DNA from: Lyngbya sp. PCC 8106
GTDB taxonomy: Bacteria > Cyanobacteriota > Cyanobacteriia > Cyanobacteriales > Microcoleaceae
DNA length: 24,000 bases
Direction of reading: 5' to 3'
Assembly: GCF_000169095.1 (NCBI RefSeq)
Contig: NZ_AAVU01000034.1
Span: 54,694-78,693 of the forward strand
Program-made: the position numbers and the translations under genes
Shown here: positions 1-7,103 of the stretch, piece by piece
How positions within the stretch are numbered: the stretch's first letter is position 1
Layout: each line of letters starts with the position of its first letter
The notes under the pieces: generated by a model
Seen by the model: the letters and a program-made list of their open reading frames with translations, nothing else
Databases searched by the model: none
Told to the model about the DNA's origin: nothing

Positions 1-618
1 GGGGAATTAGAAGGCGAAAAATTGGAATATTTTCAAGCGTGGCAACAAGGAAAAACGGGTTTTCCGCTAGTAGATGCGAGTATGAAACAACTCCAATCGA
101 TGGGATGGATGAACTTTAGAATGAGGGCGATGTGCGCCAATTTTCTGACGGTGATTTGTGGGGTATCCTGGCATCACGGGGCGCGACATTATATGAATTA
201 TTTGGTCGATGGAGATATTGCAATTAATCATTGGCAGTGGCAAGCCCAAGCCGGAGTAACTAATCCCCTATCTTCGACTTTTCGGATTTATAACCCGACT
301 AAAAATTTAACCGAAAAAGACCCCAAATTTGAGTTTGTGCGAGATTGGATACCGGAGTTGAGAGACTGCACCGATGAGCAAATTTTATCAGGGGAAATTG
401 GGGAATTGAGCGGTTATCCTGAACCGATGTTAGATTGGTATGAGATGCGAAAGATTAATGGTAAAGTGGTGTCAGAGTTACGCAAACAAGTTAAAAAACG
501 TCTGGAACAAGAACAAGGGATAGAGTACGAACGGGCAATGGGATTGAGCGAAGCAATTGGCAAATATTGGAGCGCTCAAGAACAACGATATCAACAGTAT
601 AAACAGATTGCTGAGTAA
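1..618 (+). CDS. Cryptochrome/photolyase family protein, C-terminal FAD-binding part (5' end lies outside the window)
   Basis: Frame 1 is open from base 1. The TGFPLVDASMKQL..GWMNFRMRAMCANFL and RIYNPTKN...DWIPEL strings match the conserved photolyase FAD-binding domain. Stop codon ends at 618. Confidence 0.85.
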   Translation, partial: GELEGEKLEYFQAWQQGKTGFPLVDASMKQLQSMGWMNFRMRAMCANFLTVICGVSWHHGARHYMNYLVDGDIAINHWQWQAQAGVTNPLSSTFRIYNPTKNLTEKDPKFEFVRDWIPELRDCTDEQILSGEIGELSGYPEPMLDWYEMRKINGKVVSELRKQVKKRLEQEQGIEYERAMGLSEAIGKYWSAQEQRYQQYKQIAE

Positions 619-651
619 CTCAAAATGGCGAACAAAACTATGCGCGAATGG

Positions 652-1512
652 TTAATTTTGTAGAGGTTGAACCAATGGCATCACGCAGGACACCCGAAAA
701 CCATTGTAGTAGTTGATTTGGTCGCGCTTTGCACTATAGTTATCGTCGCGGTCAGCAGAGTGGCAGTCTTTAGCATGGTCAGCCCAGGAGCCACCCCGCA
801 CAACAGTCCTACTCTGTTTTTCCGCCAGGTTCATATTGTCATCAAACCATGCACTACCATCATCTGGCGCACCTTCATAGTTATCATGCCAATCATCTTC
901 GCACCATTCCCAAACATTGCCGTGCATATCGTGCAACCCAAAGTTATTAGGTGGAAAACTGCCAACATCGGTTGTTTGTTCTCGATATTTTCCTTTAGGA
1001 CTTTTATTATATGTGTAGTTTCCGTTATAGTTGACGAGTTCGGTTGTGATAGTTTCACCAAAATGAAATGGGGTTTTTGTTCCCGCACGACAAGCATATT
1101 CCCATTGCGCTTCGCTAGGTAATTTATATTCTCGTCCGGTTTTTACTGATAATCTTTTACAGAACTCTATTGCATCGTACCAACTAACGTTTTCAACCGG
1201 ACGATTATCTCCTTTAAATCTAGATGAATTTGGGTTTAATTCTCGCTCAATTTGCGGGTAGTTTGCTACAATTTGCCATTGGGCTTGTGTAACAGTATAT
1301 CGCCCTAAAAAAAACGGTTGAATTGTAACTTCGTGTTGGGGTCGTTCGTTATCTCGGCTTTCGAGTTCGTCTTCTGGCGACCCCATTAAAAACGTGCCAC
1401 CGGGAATGAGTACCATATCCAAACCAACACCATCTCCCAAATTTTCGGTGAAATACTGACCCGTGCGTTTGTAACGGGTAATAATAATACGTTTTTCTGT
1501 TTCGTTAGACAT
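652..1512 (-). CDS. Stand-alone FGE-sulfatase (SUMF1-like, C-type-lectin fold) domain protein
   Basis: Family-typical motifs: MVLIPGGTFLMGSP, ERPQHEV, LPSEAQWEYACRAG, HDMHGNVWEWC, RGGSW...GFRV. I prefer the ATG at 1512 (MSNETEKR) over the TTG at 1530 used in the ORF track. Lies 21 nt downstream of the preceding gene on the same strand. Confidence 0.85.
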   Translation of the reverse strand: MSNETEKRIIITRYKRTGQYFTENLGDGVGLDMVLIPGGTFLMGSPEDELESRDNERPQHEVTIQPFFLGRYTVTQAQWQIVANYPQIERELNPNSSRFKGDNRPVENVSWYDAIEFCKRLSVKTGREYKLPSEAQWEYACRAGTKTPFHFGETITTELVNYNGNYTYNKSPKGKYREQTTDVGSFPPNNFGLHDMHGNVWEWCEDDWHDNYEGAPDDGSAWFDDNMNLAEKQSRTVVRGGSWADHAKDCHSADRDDNYSAKRDQINYYNGFRVSCVMPLVQPLQN

Positions 1513-1533
1513 AGTAGAAACTTTCACCAAACG

Positions 1534-4218
1534 CTACATCGATGGCATCACGCACACCACACGAAAACCAACATCATCGTTGATGAGGTCGCGTGGAATA
1601 TAGCTGCTGCGATAGGCAGAACGACAGTTTCTTGGACAACGAGTCCAGGAACCGCCCCGCATTACCCGATTTGTATTTGTACGGTCTTCATCTATCCAAG
1701 CACTACCATCATCGGGCGCTCCTTGGTAATTTGAGTGATAGTAATCCTCGCACCATTCAAATACGTTACCGTGCATATCGTAGAGTCCCCAAACATTTGC
1801 GGGAAAATAGCCTACATCTGTTGTTTGTTCTCGATTCAATTTTGCTTTAGGGCCTGACCGATAAGAACCACTATAGGTTCCGTCTTTAGTAATTTTGTCT
1901 ATTCCTCTATAGTTAGCTAAATCTGGAGCGATCGTTTCTCCAAACTGAAATGGGGTTTGAGTCCCGGCACGAGTTGCATACTCCCACTGGGCTTCACTGG
2001 GCAGTTTATATTCCAATCCAGTATGGGCTGAAAGTCGCTTACAAAACTCTATCAGATCGTTCCAACTGACTCTTTCAACTGGGTGGTTATCTCCTTTAAA
2101 TACAGATGGATTTGGGTTTAAATAGCGTTCAATTTGTGGATACCTCGCTACAACTCGCCACTGCGCCTGAGTAATGACATATCGCCCCATGTAAAACGGT
2201 TTGAGGGTAACTTCATGTTGGGGTCGTTCATTTTCTTGACTTTCAGGTTCATCTTCTGGAGAACCCATTACAAACGTTCCGCCCGGTATTAAAACCATCT
2301 CCAAACCAATTTCATTATTTAGATGTTCAGTATAACCCCAAGCAGAAGAACGACGACGATGAATAACCCATTCTTCATTTTCCCGGCTAATGGTTGCGGT
2401 TTCAAATTCAAAACGTTCGAGAATATTGGTAATAATAGCAGGTTCGTACTCGAAGGTTTGCAAAGGGGGAAAATTAACAACTTTGGCAACTTCATACTCC
2501 CGTTCTTCCAACAGAAAATCAACCGTTTGAGTCTCCGTTTCCCCAACAGAAGACAATTCCCGACGCCCATAACGTTCGGCCAATTCTTGATAATCTCCCC
2601 CCAAACGCCGCAACACATCCAACCCAACGGTTGCAAAGGGTAACGCAGACTCGCCCAAAGCATTTTCAGACTCTTCTAAAACCGTCAACAAAGCTTCAAA
2701 ACAGTTAATCGTTCGTCCGGCTTTTTGTGCTATAATTTCAGAAAGACGGTTTAAAATCGCCGTTGTCTTGGTAATCGGAACCCCATCAATTAACAAATCT
2801 CGCACCCCGTCAAAAAACTCGTACTGACAAACCTCGCTTTCATCCGCATCGCAACGCCGCAACAAACCACTCAGCAACACTTCTGCCACATGATCCTGTT
2901 GTGCATCCGGTAAAAATTCATCCCGCAATAAATCAATAACAGGTAAACTCACAGGTATCGCCGCCATCAACCCCGCCAACTGTCTCGCCGTCCGCGAAGC
3001 CGTCGCCCGAAATAATTCTACTCGTTGTTTAGCAGTTCGTACAGGCGTTGAAACGGGTTCATCCGCCATTTCCCGCACAAAAGCTAGTTCAAACACCCGT
3101 CCTGGCGTCTGAGTCTCTCCCACACCCGCCAACACTCGCGCCCAACGTTGAAAAGAATTAGGGTCAAGTGTTATTATGGGTAAAGTTAGTAATCTGCGAT
3201 CGCTCACTTCCTCCGGTTCATCCCACTCATCCCACTCATCAACATCGGGTAAACCTTCTACATTTAACCTCGCATTCGCCAACCCCGCAACTCTCCCCCC
3301 CAACCGGACAATATAACCATTACTCAAAGCCGTGCGCGACCATAACCGTTCCGGTAACATCTGCATTAACGCTACAGGTTGGGTTTGCGACCATTGCCAC
3401 AACGTTTCGTAAATTATCCCTTGTCGCCACAACGCCGAAGTACAATCACTAACATATAATATCAAACGCCGCCCCGACGGGTCAACTAATTCTCGAATAC
3501 TGCGGGGACGCTGAGTTAAACGGTTTTCTAGACGTTCATTCCAACGGGGAAACAGTTGCACGGTCTGTTCTTCAGCTTGCAACCGCCAAGTCCGCGCTGT
3601 CCGAAACGCTCCCTGATATTCCATCAGATGTTGCAATTCGGCGATCGCACGTTTCCACAATACCGTTGTTTTAGAAGATTCTACCACTAAATCCAGGTCA
3701 AGCCAACGTTCCGGGGTTGGTCGGACGACGGGGACACAGATGTTCGTCTCAGCGAGTTGAGTCACGGTAGCTTCTTCATCGACATCAACCAAAATGCGCG
3801 ACGGTACCTTCCGCATCAACGGACGCAACGCACGCGCCAAGTCCAAACTTGTCCGAATAGCGGGGGCGGAGGGAACAGGAAAAGGTAATACTTTTTGGTC
3901 TGTTTGTGAAGGTTTAGAAGATTCTGTTGTTTGAGATATTGATGAGGATTCTTCGTTAGAATATAAATTAAAAGTGGGTTCGGATATTGAGGTATTTGTC
4001 TCATCAATTGTCTCATCAATACTATTCGTTTTTGTTGAAATTGACTCAACAATTTCTTCGGATATTTCTTCAGAAAAAACCTCACTTTCCGACTCGATAA
4101 ATTGAGCCAGCCAAAGCAGGTCAGCCAGGTCAGCCGCATCCAATTCTAGTCCCGAACGTTTTAACTGTTGCGCGAATTGTCCGATTGTTGGTCTTCGCTG
4201 CTGTTTAGGTGTTTCCAC
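1534..4218 (-). CDS. 894-aa multidomain protein: SAV_2336-type N-terminal helix, acidic Ser/Glu linker, vWA-like domain, helical middle region, C-terminal FGE-sulfatase domain
   Basis: Long uninterrupted ORF. N-terminus carries LDAADLADLLWLAQF. vWA-like strands LDLDLVVESSKT and RRLILYVSDCTS. The C-terminal ~255 aa are a close paralogue of the 652-1512 product. The start is GTG at 4218 and there is no in-frame ATG nearby. An alternative TTG at 4143 would remove the overlap with the ATPase gene but would truncate the conserved helix. Confidence 0.85.
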   Translation of the reverse strand: METPKQQRRPTIGQFAQQLKRSGLELDAADLADLLWLAQFIESESEVFSEEISEEIVESISTKTNSIDETIDETNTSISEPTFNLYSNEESSSISQTTESSKPSQTDQKVLPFPVPSAPAIRTSLDLARALRPLMRKVPSRILVDVDEEATVTQLAETNICVPVVRPTPERWLDLDLVVESSKTTVLWKRAIAELQHLMEYQGAFRTARTWRLQAEEQTVQLFPRWNERLENRLTQRPRSIRELVDPSGRRLILYVSDCTSALWRQGIIYETLWQWSQTQPVALMQMLPERLWSRTALSNGYIVRLGGRVAGLANARLNVEGLPDVDEWDEWDEPEEVSDRRLLTLPIITLDPNSFQRWARVLAGVGETQTPGRVFELAFVREMADEPVSTPVRTAKQRVELFRATASRTARQLAGLMAAIPVSLPVIDLLRDEFLPDAQQDHVAEVLLSGLLRRCDADESEVCQYEFFDGVRDLLIDGVPITKTTAILNRLSEIIAQKAGRTINCFEALLTVLEESENALGESALPFATVGLDVLRRLGGDYQELAERYGRRELSSVGETETQTVDFLLEEREYEVAKVVNFPPLQTFEYEPAIITNILERFEFETATISRENEEWVIHRRRSSAWGYTEHLNNEIGLEMVLIPGGTFVMGSPEDEPESQENERPQHEVTLKPFYMGRYVITQAQWRVVARYPQIERYLNPNPSVFKGDNHPVERVSWNDLIEFCKRLSAHTGLEYKLPSEAQWEYATRAGTQTPFQFGETIAPDLANYRGIDKITKDGTYSGSYRSGPKAKLNREQTTDVGYFPANVWGLYDMHGNVFEWCEDYYHSNYQGAPDDGSAWIDEDRTNTNRVMRGGSWTRCPRNCRSAYRSSYIPRDLINDDVGFRVVCVMPSM
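3196..3203. repeat. HIP1 palindrome GCGATCGC (one of 11 exact copies in the window)
   Basis: Exact GCGATCGC at 3196, 3641, 4858, 5492, 9260, 10579, 11204, 11530, 11627, 16328 and 16541 (start positions). HIP1 over-representation is a known cyanobacterial signature. Confidence 0.95.
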
Positions 4219-5192
4219 AGTCTATTAATAAGATTTTCTCGGTTAGTTAAATCGGAAGTTCGTTCTCGCATCACCAGATAAACGGCATTAAGAAGTTGGT
4301 CGGTTGCCAAATCTCCTTTATTGCGATCTGAACGTTTTTTCACAAACTTTTTGACAAGTTCTTTAATCAATTCTTCGGATTCTGCTATTTTTTTCGCCCC
4401 ATTTTCCTCTTGTTCAAAATGCGCTTTGACAATTTCTTCCAAACGTTTTTCGTCGGGTTCTTCCATCGTTAACCGCACGCAACGCCGTAAAAATGGCGGG
4501 GGAAAATCCCGTTCACCGTTGCTGGTTAATATCATCAATGGAAATTGACTGCAAACAACACGCCCTCCTTGAATTATTGTTGTTTTATCTTGGCTATTAT
4601 TTTTATAAGCAGTTCGGACTTCGACTGACCCTTTAATTTCTTCAATTCTCACTAATTCCGGTATTTCAAATTCTCCTTCTTCAAAAAGATAAAGTAAATC
4701 ATTGGGTAAATCAATATCGCTTTTATCTATTTCATCAACTAACAAAACACGGGGTTTATTAGAAGGTAACAACGCCGTTCCCAGTGGCCCCAAACGGATA
4801 TATTTGCCAATATTCTCGAAATTGCTTCTATCTTTTTCTCCGATATCTTGTAAACGGGCGATCGCATCATATAAATATAACCCATCTTTGAGGGTTGTTC
4901 GCGTGGTTATCGGCCAGTAGAGGACTTCTCCGAGGTTGAGTTCATGGGCGACGGCGTAGGCCAGGGAGGTTTTACCCGTTCCCGGTTTTCCTGTTACTAA
5001 TAGAGGGCGACGCAAATAAAAGGCTGCATTCACCATTTCTATTTCGGTGGGTTGGGCTTGAAAGGTAGCGCCTCTTTCCGGTTGGCGGCGATCAACTTTT
5101 CGCCAGGGGGGAGGGGGAGGAAGCTTAGAAATGGCTTTTGGGTTGGGTTTACCCGTTCCTTTGAATATGGGTTGAAATATTGGGTCATTCAT
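4161..5192 (-). CDS. MoxR-like AAA+ ATPase
   Basis: Walker A GKPGTGKTS and Walker B RVLLVDEIDK. Single AAA+ module of ~340 aa. RRPLLVTG...LAYAVAHELNLG...W.ITTRTTLKDGLYLYDAIARL matches my memory of the MoxR clade paired with vWA proteins. ATG start at 5192. Confidence 0.9.
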   Translation of the reverse strand: MNDPIFQPIFKGTGKPNPKAISKLPPPPPWRKVDRRQPERGATFQAQPTEIEMVNAAFYLRRPLLVTGKPGTGKTSLAYAVAHELNLGEVLYWPITTRTTLKDGLYLYDAIARLQDIGEKDRSNFENIGKYIRLGPLGTALLPSNKPRVLLVDEIDKSDIDLPNDLLYLFEEGEFEIPELVRIEEIKGSVEVRTAYKNNSQDKTTIIQGGRVVCSQFPLMILTSNGERDFPPPFLRRCVRLTMEEPDEKRLEEIVKAHFEQEENGAKKIAESEELIKELVKKFVKKRSDRNKGDLATDQLLNAVYLVMRERTSDLTNRENLINRLWKHLNSSEDQQSDNSRNS

Positions 5193-5194
5193 AA

Positions 5195-5231
5195 GTTTAG
5201 GAGTTAGGAGTTAGGAGTTAGGAGTTAGGAG
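5195..5231. repeat. Tandem heptamer array, GAGTTAG x4 perfect copies plus partial flanking units (STRR-like)
   Basis: Read directly: gtttag gagttag gagttag gagttag gagttag gag. Begins 3 nt upstream of the ATPase start codon, in the gap between the first two cassette genes. Confidence 0.9.
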
Positions 5232-5284
5232 GGAAGAAGTTAACACGGTTTACTGATCATTGCACGGTACTTGTTTACTGAAAA

Positions 5285-5302
5285 ACTGGTCACTGGTCAC
5301 TG
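5285..5302. repeat. Tandem heptamer ACTGGTC x2.6 (STRR-like)
   Basis: Read directly: actggtc actggtc actg. Same intergenic gap as the GAGTTAG array. Confidence 0.85.
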
Positions 5303-5320
5303 TAAACTGCCTATTACCTT

Positions 5321-6883
5321 CTAACAAGCCTCCGAGTCAAATTGTAGGGTGGGTGGCACAATATTTGGATCTTCCCAAACTAAGGTTAAATGATGACCAA
5401 TGTGGTTGTCATCTTCTGTGAGAGAATTACAACGTTCTTCTAATATACGTTCGGATAATTGGCTCACTTCGCAGTCTAAAATATTATCAATGCGATCGCT
5501 TAATTCGCTACGCCGCGACCATAAAGCAACGGGAAGGGCTGTTTTTCTGGCTACAAATTCTAATATTTTTTCGAGTTTTGTCATTTCTAAGTTTTCTAGA
5601 ATTGCCATTTCCGAAGATTTCAACGTTTGGAATAATTTGGCGGGACTTCCACAGTCAGCGCGAACAAATGTTGTTTTGGCGGTTTGTTCTATTTTAGTTT
5701 CTAATAATTGCCATTTTTGTTGCCAAAGTTTGTAATATTGTTTTCCGGTTGGGGTTAAGTTATGATGGGTTCGCATTACCAGTTTATATTGACTTCCGAG
5801 GGTTAATTCTGATTCGGTTTGGCGCTCGCTTAAATCTAAATTCAACCAATTTCTAGGGACAAATATATGAAGGGTGGGCGAGGTGTATTCTGAGTTTTCT
5901 TCTAACCAAGCTTCTAGAAAGTTCGGCAGTTCGTCAAGTGACATTGTTTCATCTTGAACCAGTGGTGAGGAGAAGTTCTTCGCATCCCACATTGAAACTC
6001 TTACTCCTTTTGAAAGTTCAGTGGGAATGACTTCTATGATTAAATGTTCGAGGGTGTTTTTGGGGGAAATATTGCGTTCTGATTTTTCTCGTATTGCTTT
6101 AATGAGTAACTTATTAAAGTTTTGTTTGGGGTTCCTAAATTCAACAAAAGTTTTAATATTATCGAATAATTCACGGGTTAAATTATCCGAAAATGTTGCT
6201 AAAAATACTGCAAATTGTGTTAACCCATCTATTTCACTCCAACCGGGATAAGAGACTTGACTCAAGTTTATAAATTTATCTAGTCTATCGCCTTCTATCC
6301 AATCTTGGGCGGGGTCGCAAAGTTGAAATGCTGCTTTAATTGCATTTTCTAAGTTGTTTTGTTCGTTATTATTCAGGCGTTCTAAATGGTCTTGTAATAA
6401 CTTATCTAAGTGTTCTAAGTTAAGTTTTTCGGGGATTAAGTTTAATTCGGCTGTCGGTGGAAAAATTGATTCACTGATTAGATTTTCCTGACTTTGAGGA
6501 CAAAGACGATCCCATGTTTTTGAAAATTGTTGTAAATTTTCTTCGATATCTTTTGACCATAAAGTCAGCGTAAAACGCCAATCTTCTAATCCCCGTTTTT
6601 GGATTCGTTCGTCTTTTAAGATGTTCAGAAAGTCATCCATCCGTTTGAGAGATTCTCGAATTTGAGCTTTTGTTAACCTGTTTTCCTGGCTATTTGTTAG
6701 GGCTTCTAATGTTCTCAGATTGGTTTCTATCCGCAGTTGGGGAGGTTTTTCTTCATCTAACCAACAGTATTTTAGATCAAAGCGATGGCTATTTTCTACC
6801 TCTCCTTTAACAAATAATAGCAGGATTTTCAATAAAGATTTGGCTCGGGCTTTGACTTTGGGGCCATAAGTTACTCTGGGCAT
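5321..6883 (-). CDS. Hypothetical 520-aa protein; candidate vWA-MoxR-associated protein (VMAP-like)
   Basis: Long ORF, first gene of the cassette. I prefer the ATG at 6883 (MPRVTYGPK) over the TTG at 6892. I can name no catalytic motif. The C-terminal third (LHIFVPRNWLNLDL, ALPVALWSRR, HHLTLVWEDPNIVPP) recalls VMAP-C-type sequences. The family call rests on memory plus genomic context only. Confidence 0.75.
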   Translation of the reverse strand: MPRVTYGPKVKARAKSLLKILLLFVKGEVENSHRFDLKYCWLDEEKPPQLRIETNLRTLEALTNSQENRLTKAQIRESLKRMDDFLNILKDERIQKRGLEDWRFTLTLWSKDIEENLQQFSKTWDRLCPQSQENLISESIFPPTAELNLIPEKLNLEHLDKLLQDHLERLNNNEQNNLENAIKAAFQLCDPAQDWIEGDRLDKFINLSQVSYPGWSEIDGLTQFAVFLATFSDNLTRELFDNIKTFVEFRNPKQNFNKLLIKAIREKSERNISPKNTLEHLIIEVIPTELSKGVRVSMWDAKNFSSPLVQDETMSLDELPNFLEAWLEENSEYTSPTLHIFVPRNWLNLDLSERQTESELTLGSQYKLVMRTHHNLTPTGKQYYKLWQQKWQLLETKIEQTAKTTFVRADCGSPAKLFQTLKSSEMAILENLEMTKLEKILEFVARKTALPVALWSRRSELSDRIDNILDCEVSQLSERILEERCNSLTEDDNHIGHHLTLVWEDPNIVPPTLQFDSEAC

Positions 6884-6909
6884 AGGGGTCAACGGATATT
6901 TTTACAAAA

Positions 6910-6958
6910 AGTTTGGGGTTATGGTGTTGGGTTCCAATGTTTTGAGTTACCCCAAACT
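6910..6958 (-). promoter_or_regulatory. 10-bp perfect inverted repeat (AGTTTGGGGT / ACCCCAAACT, 29-nt loop) followed on the minus strand by TTTT, 26 nt upstream of the cassette's first ATG
   Basis: Arms at 6910-6919 and 6949-6958 read directly. Function (leader hairpin, attenuator or operator) is not established. Confidence 0.35.
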
Positions 6959-7103
6959 ACCCCAATGCCCAATATACCTCGATTTTTGCTATTTCTGAAA
7001 GTCCGCTTGCTTGAGGGTACTACCCCAAAGCGATAGTCAGTTCAGTTGAGGAGGAGGTTCTGCTGACTCAACTACAGAAAACATTAAACAAGTGAGGAGA
7101 AAT

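Noticed and set aside
3218-3240. 9-nt tandem repeat TCCCACTCA x2 inside the 894-aa gene, encoding DEWDEWDE.
   Set aside because: It is in frame and lies in an acidic linker-like stretch. It is most simply a small slippage repeat within coding sequence, not a separate feature.
5195-5302. Possibility that the heptamer or octamer arrays (also 18989-19085) are CRISPR-like arrays.
   Set aside because: The units are 7-8 nt and directly abutting, with no spacers. No cas genes are present and no 25-40-nt repeats separated by unique spacers occur anywhere in the window.
667-6251. Many 60-150-aa ORFs inside or antisense to the cassette genes (667-1122+, 831-1097-, 1593-1850+, 2319-2663-, 2323-2643+, 3168-3452+, 3816-4139-, 4321-4548+, 4702-4920+, 5400-5735+, 6021-6251+).
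   Set aside because: All are embedded in longer ORFs that carry clear domain motifs. Their translations are low-complexity or hydrophobic with no motif, so they are typical shadow ORFs.
652-6892. An active diversity-generating retroelement within this window.
   Set aside because: No reverse-transcriptase-like ORF and no adenine-rich template copy of either variable-looking patch is present in the 24 kb. Only the target-like features are reported, as a hypothesis.
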